From contig JACPJN010000006.1 in assembly GCA_016187515.1 (NCBI GenBank), positions 257,556 through 321,555 of the forward strand: a stretch of 64,000 nucleotides of DNA, given 5' to 3'. This document shows positions 34,666-43,392 of the stretch, piece by piece (the first letter of the stretch is position 1; each line of letters begins with the position of its first letter). A program made the translations under genes and the position numbers. The DNA is from Candidatus Uhrbacteria bacterium. Lineage in GTDB: Bacteria; Patescibacteriota; Patescibacteriia; GWA2-47-26. The notes under the pieces were generated by a model. The model was not told the origin of the DNA. It ran no database searches and worked only from the letters and a program-made list of their open reading frames with translations.

Positions 34666-36930
34666 ATGGGACGCACATGGAATGCGTTGGTATTCTTGGC
34701 AGTAACACTTTTCTCAGCATTCACCTGGGCTCAGCAGGTTCCGCCTTGCGACCCGGTTGTGGTAGATGGGGCGGAAGTATTCGGTGCTGACACCAATCGC
34801 GTGGAAGCCGCAGCCCAACCACTCATCAACCGCGGGGCAACGGTGCGTATCAGAACAGTGCGCACCTATGGCAGCTACGGAAGTTTGGACCATCTTGAGG
34901 ATTCGATAGAGAAGGCGTGTCCTTCTTGGCAAGCGCCTGGAGGCGGTACGCGCAATGGCCTGATCGTGCTCATGATCGCGGTAGATGACCGTAAGGTAGG
35001 CATCTACTCCGGTGATCAATGGAAGCACGTGGTTGCGTCCAACTGGGACAACATCCAAGACCGCTCTATGAAGCCGCGGTTTCGCGATGGCGATTTCGCC
35101 GGTGGATTTATTGCCGGTATGGAAGCACTCCATCGCTTGATCGAGCAGGCAGAGAGCGCACCAGCAGGCGGCGGTGTGACCGTGGTTCAGCAACCGCCGC
35201 TCGATCTGTCTGGATGTGCGAATGTGGGATGGTTTCTTTGCATCCTCGTGTTCATCGGTTTCCTTGCCTGGGCGGGCTATGACATCCATACCAATCGCAA
35301 GCGTCGCCGCGCTGCGCAGGCCGCAGCCCAATCCAAGAAGAAGGCCGCCGCGACTCGGGTAACCGAGCTTGAAGGCGCACGTGAACTGCTCAAAGCCAAG
35401 GTGGAGATCGCCGCGGCACTGACAGCCGAAACAGACGCAGTTGACTTGTGCCGCGACTTTGGCACCTTTGATGAAGTCATTGGACGCGGATCAGCCGCGT
35501 ACACGGATCTCGGCAACAGCGCAAGCGATCCTGATCGCGGCGGCCGAACGCTTGCAGAGTACCAGCGAGCCGAACACGGCTACGATTCGGTGATTGAGAC
35601 ACTGGAGCGCGCACGGAAGATCAAGGACACGCTTGAGCGTATGATTGCCGAGATTCAGAAGGCGGCGGCAGAGGCGCCAGAGATGATCGCAGAGGCAGAA
35701 GACCGCGTAGTAGAAGCAAATAGCGTGATCACTGCCATGAAAGCCGAGGGATGGAAGACCGGGGACGCAGAGACGCAACTTGCCAGCGCAAGCTCAAAGC
35801 TCGGCGAGGCGCGTGCTGCGCTTGCAGGCAAGCAGGCAGCTGCCGCAACAGCATTTGCCAAGCACGTGATTGCCGCAACCGCAAAAGCGAAGGAGGCCGC
35901 TGAAGGCCTGCCCAAGCGCAAGGCGGCCATTGCCGCGGACTGCGGGAAGATATCCTCCCGTCTTCAGACGGTGCGAGCCGCTATTGAGGAAAGCCGGACG
36001 GTGTTTACGCGGTTGACTGAGGTGTATGCAGAATCCTCGTGGGAGGCGATCGTCGGTAACGGCAGCGAGGCGGAGGAACACGTTGAAGTGGCAGTTGCGG
36101 CGCTTGAGGCATCTCGCGCCGCAGCCACGATGGAGGAGCAGCGGTGGGAAGATGCGGAGCGTGCGGCCAAAGAGGGCAACGACGCACTCGGCCATGCCGA
36201 GGCGCTTGCACGAGCTATCGTGGAGCTCGAGGAGCGCATCAAGGTGGCAGAGCGCGAGGCACCTCGGGAGATTGAGGACGCGCAAGCTGATATCAACCGT
36301 GCGAAAGCGTACGAACAAAAGCACGACGCCGACATAGACGACGCGATGAAAGGCGAGATCCGCAAGGCAGAAACCACGCTTGCGCAGGCACGTGATGAAT
36401 TGGCCAAGACCGTGCCGGATTTCCTCCAAGTGGTCAATTTCGCGCAGAAAGCGAATGCGCATGCGGATCGTATCCTTGAAAATTCGCGCAGCCAGTACGA
36501 GGCCGCAGAGCGCCTTCGCAGGCAAGCGGCAAGTGCGCTTCGGGAAGCCGAAACTGCGGTGTCCCGTGCTCGCAACTACATCGCAAGCCACTCCAGCGAT
36601 GTGGAACATTCGGCACGCGGAACGCTCACAAATGCAGAAGCAAACCTCTCGTCAGCTCAGCGTGCGGACGGTCCAAAGGATCGCCTCACCTACGCAGGGC
36701 GTGCAAAAGCAGATGCAGACGGAGCATACCAGCGGGCGAAGTGTGACGTTGAGGAAGCCGAGGAGGAACGGCGTCGTGCACGCCGAGCCCGCGAAGCAGC
36801 TTTGCGGGCATCGTACTCATCGCGCTCGAGCACGAGTATCGGGTTCGGCGGGGGATTTGGCGGCGGGCGCAGTGGCGGCTCATCTGGTTTCGGCTTTGGC
36901 GGGCGAAGCGGCGGCTCGTCAAAGTGGTAG
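34666..36930 (+). CDS. TPM-domain (YgcG-like) membrane protein with a roughly 470-aa coiled-coil insert and a Gly-rich C-terminus
   Basis: Signal peptide, then a TPM domain (GLIVLMIAVDDRKVGIYSGDQW…MKPRFRDGDFAGGFIAGMEAL), a TM segment (VGWFLCILVFIGFLAWAG), a long A/E/K/R-rich helical region, and a GFGGGFGGGRSGGSSGFGFGG tail as in E. coli YgcG. Confidence 0.7.
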   Translation: MGRTWNALVFLAVTLFSAFTWAQQVPPCDPVVVDGAEVFGADTNRVEAAAQPLINRGATVRIRTVRTYGSYGSLDHLEDSIEKACPSWQAPGGGTRNGLIVLMIAVDDRKVGIYSGDQWKHVVASNWDNIQDRSMKPRFRDGDFAGGFIAGMEALHRLIEQAESAPAGGGVTVVQQPPLDLSGCANVGWFLCILVFIGFLAWAGYDIHTNRKRRRAAQAAAQSKKKAAATRVTELEGARELLKAKVEIAAALTAETDAVDLCRDFGTFDEVIGRGSAAYTDLGNSASDPDRGGRTLAEYQRAEHGYDSVIETLERARKIKDTLERMIAEIQKAAAEAPEMIAEAEDRVVEANSVITAMKAEGWKTGDAETQLASASSKLGEARAALAGKQAAAATAFAKHVIAATAKAKEAAEGLPKRKAAIAADCGKISSRLQTVRAAIEESRTVFTRLTEVYAESSWEAIVGNGSEAEEHVEVAVAALEASRAAATMEEQRWEDAERAAKEGNDALGHAEALARAIVELEERIKVAEREAPREIEDAQADINRAKAYEQKHDADIDDAMKGEIRKAETTLAQARDELAKTVPDFLQVVNFAQKANAHADRILENSRSQYEAAERLRRQAASALREAETAVSRARNYIASHSSDVEHSARGTLTNAEANLSSAQRADGPKDRLTYAGRAKADADGAYQRAKCDVEEAEEERRRARRAREAALRASYSSRSSTSIGFGGGFGGGRSGGSSGFGFGGRSGGSSKW

Positions 36931-36995
36931 TAGTTATGCCGCAGGAAACGCACAGCGAAACAAAAACGGCCAACAACCAACCCAGGAGGTGACCA

Positions 36996-37754
36996 ATGGC
37001 CAGTTTGTTCAAGAAGATCAGGACCGGAGTGCTCGCGCAGGCGCACAAGCTTGCCGACGCCTTGATTGACCTCGACTCGGTCGCGGCACTCAAGGTCCAC
37101 ATCCGAGACCTGGAGGAAGCACTCGAAGAACTCCAGGATGCGGCTGCGGCCGAGGTCGGCAACGTCCGTACTCTCGAGCAGGCGATCGTCGCGCTTGATG
37201 CGCGCGTGAAGGAGCTCAACTCGAATATCGAGTTCCTGCTTTCGGATGAGGACGAATCCAACGACCACCTGGCCACGCCGCTTCAGGCCAAGCTCGACAT
37301 GCTCAGCCGCGAACTCGCAGCCAAGCGCGAAGAGCTTACGGTGGCACGGCAGACCGCCTCCCAGCTCAGCGAGGCCGCGTCCAACCTCAAGGCCAAGCAC
37401 GCCTCTATGGTGGAGCGGGTGCGCTCGCTCGAGTCCCTCGAGCGGGTCGCAGAGGCCAAGGATCGCGCGGCCGAGGCGATCCGCAGCGCAGGTGCGGCGG
37501 TTGCCGGCAGCGACGGGCCGTCGGTGGACGACGTGGAAGCGCGACTGCGCCGCAAGGCGAACGTGGCCGACGCGCGGTTTACGCGCGCAATGGGCGAGTT
37601 TGCCGGAGGAGTGGAGCAGGACGTGGCGCTGGCCCAGGCCAAGGCCGCAATCGAGAGGCGCAAGGCCGAGATCGCGGCGCGCAAGGCCGCGGCGGACCAG
37701 CCCCAGCCCGTGCCGGCCGCCCCTGGCGAGCCCGCGGCGCCCGCGGCCGGCTAA
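36996..37754 (+). CDS. PspA/IM30 (phage-shock protein A / Vipp1) family protein
   Basis: The N-terminal region MASLFKKIRTGVLAQAHKLADALID…IRDLEEALEELQ aligns with E. coli PspA [25 protein letters not shown]…IQEMEDTLVEV. It is coiled-coil throughout. A strong AGGAGGTG RBS is present. Confidence 0.65.
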   Translation: MASLFKKIRTGVLAQAHKLADALIDLDSVAALKVHIRDLEEALEELQDAAAAEVGNVRTLEQAIVALDARVKELNSNIEFLLSDEDESNDHLATPLQAKLDMLSRELAAKREELTVARQTASQLSEAASNLKAKHASMVERVRSLESLERVAEAKDRAAEAIRSAGAAVAGSDGPSVDDVEARLRRKANVADARFTRAMGEFAGGVEQDVALAQAKAAIERRKAEIAARKAAADQPQPVPAAPGEPAAPAAG

Positions 37755-37784
37755 CCGGAGGAGAGGAAGGGAAAATACATCAAG

Positions 37785-37818
37785 CCCCGCGACGGGAAAC
37801 CATCGCGGGGCGTTTTCA
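37785..37818 (+). terminator. rho-independent terminator after the PspA-family gene
   Basis: ccccgcgacgggaaaccatcgcggggcgttttc. Confidence 0.6.
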
Positions 37819-37902
37819 ATTTGCCTGTGGATAAGGAGTTGTGATAAACTACCGTTTGGTATGTGGACAAATCCGCCACAACTAAACCCGAATGCATAAG
37901 GC

Positions 37903-37931
37903 GTCCCGCCCAAAAGGCGGGCGTTTTTTTG
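37903..37931 (+). terminator. second rho-independent terminator about 85 nt downstream (possible small RNA 3' end)
   Basis: cgtcccgcccaaaaggcgggcgttttttt. Confidence 0.5.
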
Positions 37932-38156
37932 TAAGTGCTTGAAATTTATGAGCGCAAGCGAAATAATTTCCCAGCACTTACAACCCGCCAGCTTGTGGGT
38001 GCCACTGAACCGGAGTCCCGACCGCGGTCGGGACGGAGGCATGCGCGGCGCTGCAAAAGGCGGGTTTGTAGCCCATTCTAAGTCCTCAAAGACATTGATG
38101 GCTTACGCCGGGCCATAAAAGTCCCCAAACCTTATCCGCTCTTTGAGAGGTGGATC

Positions 38157-38798
38157 ATGACACCTGCTGCTGCCCAAGCTGTACGCGCTGTACCCAAGCT
38201 TCCCCGTGATCTTCAGTCCGAAGATCTGCCGACCATCAAACCGCCACCGGTGCCCTCCGCGCTGGAGATCATCACACGCGCCTACGACGGAAACCACACT
38301 CTGGAGTGGTTTATCGTCGAGACGATCTTGCGCACGGTTGCCCAGGCCTTTCCGTACTTTTCCGAGGCCAAGCGCTTGCGGCAGTGGGCACAAGCGCGCG
38401 TCAATCTCAATCTGCTACGCGATCCGCCGCCTGAAGGATGTGTACTGCTCAATACTCCGGCTCTTGAACTCAAACACCCGGAGCTTCCCAAAGGCCGCAC
38501 CTACTTGCTGGTTCCGGGCGGCGCAGGTCGCGAAACGTACTGCGTGGTAGTCCTGGACCATGCCCATCTGGCACAAGCAAATCAAGAAAGCCGCCCGGTC
38601 GCGTTCAACTCCTTCCACATCGCCGCGCTGGGAATCGGCACGATATTTGCGCCCGCGATCTGCCGGCTCGTCTTTGAAACAGTCGGCAAGGCCGCGATAT
38701 TCACGGAAGCCCACATTACCTACCGGGTCTCCGCGGCGCTGCGCGTCCTGGAAGAAGAGCTCAAGCAGTTGTGGACCCTGCGCGGCCTAACTTGGTAG
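38157..38798 (+). CDS. hypothetical protein, 213 aa
   Basis: Intact GC-rich ORF with a GAGAGGTGG RBS. No family recognised. Confidence 0.45.
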   Translation: MTPAAAQAVRAVPKLPRDLQSEDLPTIKPPPVPSALEIITRAYDGNHTLEWFIVETILRTVAQAFPYFSEAKRLRQWAQARVNLNLLRDPPPEGCVLLNTPALELKHPELPKGRTYLLVPGGAGRETYCVVVLDHAHLAQANQESRPVAFNSFHIAALGIGTIFAPAICRLVFETVGKAAIFTEAHITYRVSAALRVLEEELKQLWTLRGLTW

Positions 38799-38895
38799 CC
38801 CGCCCTTTTCCCCTGCCGCCCACCGGCCCCAAAGTCGGTGGTTTTTTATTTTTGGGTATTTTTTAGCCAATTGTTTCGCAAGAGGTCTATACCCA

Positions 38896-38924
38896 TTGAC
38901 AAGCTCTCCTTTTTGTGATATAGT
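38896..38924 (+). promoter_or_regulatory. sigma70-type promoter
   Basis: TTGACA – 17 bp – TATAGT, located about 100 bp upstream of the 39028 ORF. Confidence 0.55.
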
Positions 38925-39027
38925 GTGCTGTGGCGCTGAAATAACGCAGGTTAAACTCCTGCCCTTGCCGCCCAACTACAACCTTCCCGACCGCAATCGG
39001 GGAACTACCTGAAAAGGAGAAAAGATC

Positions 39028-39414
39028 ATGGAAGGCATGCCAATGCCGGAAGTAAGAAGGGAAACGAAGCATTTCCAGGTGCTCGCCCGCCACCCGGTCC
39101 CGGGCACGAGCGAAGTGATCGCCATCGAAATCCGAGAATTCCTCGACCGCGCCGGTCGTCTGATCCGCGGGGCCGCGATCACGATCAGGTCCGGAGGGTG
39201 GTTCACGGTGGGACTGTTCGATCGCGCCTGCGGAAGCGGCGATGCGTCCAACCGCGCGGTGTACCTCTATTCCGCGCCGGACGGGGGAATGTGGGTGCTG
39301 TTCAAGCGGCCCACCGTGCCCGCGCTCCTGTCGCTTTCGGCCGCGCAGGTGGAGGCCATCGCGGACACCCTCGACAATCTGGAGCAGCGCGGCGCGATCG
39401 GACGCGCCGCGTAG
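39028..39414 (+). CDS. hypothetical protein, 128 aa
   Basis: A GAAAAGGAGAAAAG RBS is present, and a consensus promoter lies upstream. Confidence 0.45.
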   Translation: MEGMPMPEVRRETKHFQVLARHPVPGTSEVIAIEIREFLDRAGRLIRGAAITIRSGGWFTVGLFDRACGSGDASNRAVYLYSAPDGGMWVLFKRPTVPALLSLSAAQVEAIADTLDNLEQRGAIGRAA

Positions 39415-39488
39415 ATAAGGGGCAAAGTTCTTCAACCCGTGTTGCTCGCGCCCCATTTGCGAGTACACATTACACAGGAGCTCTCACC

Positions 39489-40373
39489 ATGACGACCCGT
39501 CTGGTCACGCTGTCTCTCGTCCTCGCCGCGTGCGCGATCGGGCCTGACCCGAAGGTGGAGTTCAGGACGATCGGTGCTCCCGAGCCGGCTGCCCCCGCGG
39601 TCGCGCCGGTCCGCGACGACTGTCCCAACGGCACGGCGCCGCTTTCCAACGTGCATGGCACGGCCTGCTGGCCGCGCAGTGAGCAAAACCCGCCCGCGGA
39701 GCACTGCCGTCCGGAGCGCTGTCCGGCAACCGGCTACATGCTCTGGGACTGTCCAGTGCCAACTCCGGCCCGCGACGCGCAGGGCAAGCTGATCCTCGAG
39801 GAAGCAGTCGAGCCCGAGCCCATGGTCGTGCGGCGGGAAAACCCGGACAAGATCCATGTCCAACAGCCGCGGGAAGACGAAGGGCCGTGGCTCACGTCGC
39901 GTGTCGTTGGCCCGCCGCTGGATTACAAGCCCGCGTATCTCGTGAATGCTGAAGGATCGTTCAAGTGCGAGTGTGCCACGACCCAGAGCGGCAAGACCCT
40001 GTGCCAGAACTGCAGGCTAGAGTCTGCGCAGGCGGCGGTGGATCCGAAACCGCAGGCCAAGCTCGCCGCGGAGATGCGGACATATCAGTGCCTCCTGCGC
40101 ATGGGACCGCAGCTAGTGCGCAAGGTCGCGTTCAAGGGCGCGCCTGGCAAGTTCCGGGCTCACCACGGTACCCCCAGGCGAGGTTCGGACGGTCGTCCAA
40201 GATTCACGGACGACGGCGGACACTCGTACACAGGGGCTGCGGGCGAGATCTACTTCTGCCCGTTCCGGCCGGACTGCGACGTCAGCGCCGGTCCCAACCA
40301 TTACGAGGACTGTCTGGACTTCGCCAGCTGTGAGGAGATGTGTATGGATCCGCAAGGAAAGCCCATCCGGTGA
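39489..40373 (+). CDS. Cys-rich lipoprotein (16 Cys)
   Basis: The start was chosen at MTTRLVTLSLVLAACAIG, which has a lipobox LAAC and an AGGAG RBS. The longer ORF 39198-40373 was rejected. Confidence 0.5.
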   Translation: MTTRLVTLSLVLAACAIGPDPKVEFRTIGAPEPAAPAVAPVRDDCPNGTAPLSNVHGTACWPRSEQNPPAEHCRPERCPATGYMLWDCPVPTPARDAQGKLILEEAVEPEPMVVRRENPDKIHVQQPREDEGPWLTSRVVGPPLDYKPAYLVNAEGSFKCECATTQSGKTLCQNCRLESAQAAVDPKPQAKLAAEMRTYQCLLRMGPQLVRKVAFKGAPGKFRAHHGTPRRGSDGRPRFTDDGGHSYTGAAGEIYFCPFRPDCDVSAGPNHYEDCLDFASCEEMCMDPQGKPIR

Positions 40374-40529
40374 ACTGTTCCATGGCCGTGGGGTTTGTGT
40401 GTGTTTGCGCCTCAAGCGCGACGCACGACCCCCGGCTATTTTTTATTTCCCCCGGTTTTCCAAGCGCGTACCGCTCTGGTAAGTATTCCTTGACAGGAGC
40501 GTCTATCTTGATAGGGTAGAAGTGATCCT

Positions 40530-43322
40530 ATGAAACGCATTGGCATCCTCTTTACTTTGATATTTATCCTTATCTCCGCGCTGTGGCGCGCGCCTTTGGT
40601 ATCCGCGACCATGCCGGAACAGCTTCGTCTTTCCTGGCAAAACGATCCGAAAACCACCATGACGGTAATGTGGCGGACCGATGAGCAACAGCCGTCGCCG
40701 CGCGCGCAGTACGGGACCGACGCGCAATATGGCAGTGCAGCCGAAGGCGCCACTATTCCGGCAGTTTTTCCCGGATATTTTTATCACACCGTGGAGATTA
40801 CCGGTCTTACCCCGGGCACGACCTATCACTATCGGGTAAGCAAACCTCAAGGCACCTGGTCTAACGATTTTACTTTTCGCACCGCGCCCGCCGGCCCGGT
40901 TGACTTTACCTTTACCGCGTTTGGCGACAATGGCAGCAGTACGGCTTCGGGTGATCGCGCTTTGCGCGTGCAATCGCGCGCGGTTGAGCAAAATCCGTCC
41001 CTGCATCTTGTGGCGGGTGATTTGACTTACGCGGACAAAGAAAAATGCGACGCGTCGGAAAAATGCGTGGAACGTTCCTGGGAGCAGTGGTTTTCCGAGA
41101 TGCAGCAGATTTCCGCCCAGGTACCGGTCATGACCGCGATTGGCAATCATGAAAAACATCGCAAAGTAAAGTTTGAAAATGGCGATCTATTTTACAATCG
41201 TTCGCTTGCGCTTCCTCCGGCGCATAATGAATTATATTATTCCTTTGATTATGGCGATGTGCATTTTACCATACTGGACTCCGTGAGCGCCGGACAGTTT
41301 CGCCGCGGAAAAGAGCAGTATAATTTTGTGGAGCAGGATTTGGCCGCCACCAGCAAGACCTTCAAAGTCGTGGTGTTCCACCATCTCCCTTATACTTCCG
41401 GCCATTCCCACAACGCGGATCGCCGCATTCAGGAAGAATTAACCCCGCTTTTGGAACGCTTTAATGTGGACTTGGTTATTGTTGGACACAATCATCACTA
41501 CGAACGCACCTATCCGCTAAAATACAAAGCGCCAAATGATCCGGAAATTACCTCCACTGGTTCGGAATATACAACTGCGGATGGTATTGTGTATGTGGTA
41601 ACCGGAGGCGGGGGCAGAAGCGTTTATAAATTTGGGACTGAAAAACCGGCCTGGTCCGCGGTGCGCTGCGAGTGTCATGAAATCGTACGCGTGGATGTAG
41701 ACGACGCCGGGATTCTTACGGTACGCGCGATTGATATTGACGGGAACGAAGTGGATAGATTTACAATCAGTAAAAATAGTTCACAGTCGTCGGTTCACAG
41801 TGCACAGCCGCCCACCCAACCCACCGCACTGCCTCAACCTAATAACTCAATAACCCAATCACTTAATAACTCTCAATCCATCCGCGGTTTCAACTACGCG
41901 GTTTGGTGGCACGACTCTTTGGGCAAGCCGGAGGCGCGCCGCTCGCTTGACGATCTAAAAGCTACCGGCGCGAATTACGCGGCGTTTGCGCCCTTCTGGT
42001 ACCAAGACGCGAAAACCAGCACGGCGATCGCGCGCGACGGCCGCAAGAGCGCCACCGACGAGTCGCTCACCTCCGCCATCCGCTATGCCAAATCAATCGG
42101 TTTGCGGGTCGCGTTCAAGCCCATGGTGGACTCGCGCGATGGTACTTGGCGGGGAAAGTTTGAGCCGGCTGACGCTGACGCTTGGTTTGCCAGTTACCAG
42201 GACTTTATTTTGCACTACGCCAGCCTGGCCGACGCGGAAGGCATTGACTATTTTGTGGTCGGCACGGAATTTGCTTCGCTGACCCGGCCGCAATACACGG
42301 AAAAATGGCGGGAAATTATTCGCGAGACGCGCGCGGCCTATGACGGGCCGATCACTTACGCCGCCAACTGGGGCAAGCGTCATGAAGGCGAGTATTATCA
42401 GGTGGAGTTCTGGGATGCGCTGGACGCGATTGGCATTGACGCGTATTTTCCGGTCTCCCGCGATGAAAATCCGGACGTGGCCGGAGTGCAAAACGCCTGG
42501 ACTTTTATTCATACCGGTAATCAAAATCAAAATTGGTTCGCGGATATCCGCGCCAAGCATGAGGAATTTCAAAAGCCGGTGCTTTTCACCGAGATTGGAT
42601 TTTTAAGCTGCAACGGCGCGGGTATTGAGCCATGGAAATACCCGTGTGAGCGCGGAATTGATCTGGACGAGCAAGCCGCGCTTTATGAGGGGACCATGCG
42701 ATTTTGGAAAGATGTGGATTGGATGCAAGGATTTTTGTGGTGGAGGTGGGATGTGGATCCGGACAAAGGCGGCCCCCAAGATGGCGATTATCTGGCGCAG
42801 AACAAAGCGCCGACTATTGATGCGCTAAAAAGATTTTGGTTGGCGTTTGCGCCGAGTTTGCCGTCTGCTTTGCCGCCTTCAGCCCCGCTGTCCCCTGTAG
42901 TCGAGGCCCCGACCGTGAGCATTGGAAATTCCGGTGGCGGCGCGGCGGGACTGGTAACCACTCCTTCTTCAACCGTCCCCACCTTCCCAACTTCTTCTGT
43001 TCGTCTGCCAACACCTAATTACCTAATTACCCAATCACCCAATTACCTCCGCCCATTTGCTTACAACCAACCCCGCCTGCGCTCGCTTGATGAAGAACGC
43101 GCGCGCGCCTGGGAGCTTGCGCAAGCGCTCCATCCGCGATTTCAAGGCCGGATTCCCCTGCACCGCCAGCATTGGCCGATTTACATCAATGCCTACATCT
43201 ACGGCGGCTATCCGGCAGACGCGATTTACCGTTCCATTCAACTTAGCGGCAAAACCGTGCATACCTCCATCCCCTGGAGCGCGTGGAGAAAATCCGCCGA
43301 ATACCAAAGCTATATGCGTTGA
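40530..43322 (+). CDS. secreted purple-acid-phosphatase-like metallophosphoesterase fused to a TIM-barrel glycoside-hydrolase-like domain
   Basis: Signal peptide. PAP N-terminal domain. All five PAP motifs are present: FGDNG, GDLTYAD, GNHE, VVFHH, GHNHHYE. The C-terminal half reads FNYAVWWHD…GANYAAFAPFWYQ…GLRVAFKPMVD…YFVVGTEFAS…YAANWG…DAIGIDAYFP, which is GH5/GH113-like. There are two in-frame repeat insertions at 41778-41875 and 43011-43050. Confidence 0.65.
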   Translation: MKRIGILFTLIFILISALWRAPLVSATMPEQLRLSWQNDPKTTMTVMWRTDEQQPSPRAQYGTDAQYGSAAEGATIPAVFPGYFYHTVEITGLTPGTTYHYRVSKPQGTWSNDFTFRTAPAGPVDFTFTAFGDNGSSTASGDRALRVQSRAVEQNPSLHLVAGDLTYADKEKCDASEKCVERSWEQWFSEMQQISAQVPVMTAIGNHEKHRKVKFENGDLFYNRSLALPPAHNELYYSFDYGDVHFTILDSVSAGQFRRGKEQYNFVEQDLAATSKTFKVVVFHHLPYTSGHSHNADRRIQEELTPLLERFNVDLVIVGHNHHYERTYPLKYKAPNDPEITSTGSEYTTADGIVYVVTGGGGRSVYKFGTEKPAWSAVRCECHEIVRVDVDDAGILTVRAIDIDGNEVDRFTISKNSSQSSVHSAQPPTQPTALPQPNNSITQSLNNSQSIRGFNYAVWWHDSLGKPEARRSLDDLKATGANYAAFAPFWYQDAKTSTAIARDGRKSATDESLTSAIRYAKSIGLRVAFKPMVDSRDGTWRGKFEPADADAWFASYQDFILHYASLADAEGIDYFVVGTEFASLTRPQYTEKWREIIRETRAAYDGPITYAANWGKRHEGEYYQVEFWDALDAIGIDAYFPVSRDENPDVAGVQNAWTFIHTGNQNQNWFADIRAKHEEFQKPVLFTEIGFLSCNGAGIEPWKYPCERGIDLDEQAALYEGTMRFWKDVDWMQGFLWWRWDVDPDKGGPQDGDYLAQNKAPTIDALKRFWLAFAPSLPSALPPSAPLSPVVEAPTVSIGNSGGGAAGLVTTPSSTVPTFPTSSVRLPTPNYLITQSPNYLRPFAYNQPRLRSLDEERARAWELAQALHPRFQGRIPLHRQHWPIYINAYIYGGYPADAIYRSIQLSGKTVHTSIPWSAWRKSAEYQSYMR

Positions 43323-43392
43323 ACTTGAACCCCTAACCCAGGTATGGTATTATGAGAGTGTTGAATAATAAACATACGAAAGCAGGAGCGAT

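Noticed and set aside
39198-39488. Long 391-aa ORF overlapping the end of the 128-aa gene
   Set aside because: The upstream part overlaps the 39028 gene in another frame and lacks an RBS. An internal Met at 39489 has an RBS and a lipoprotein signal peptide (LAAC lipobox).
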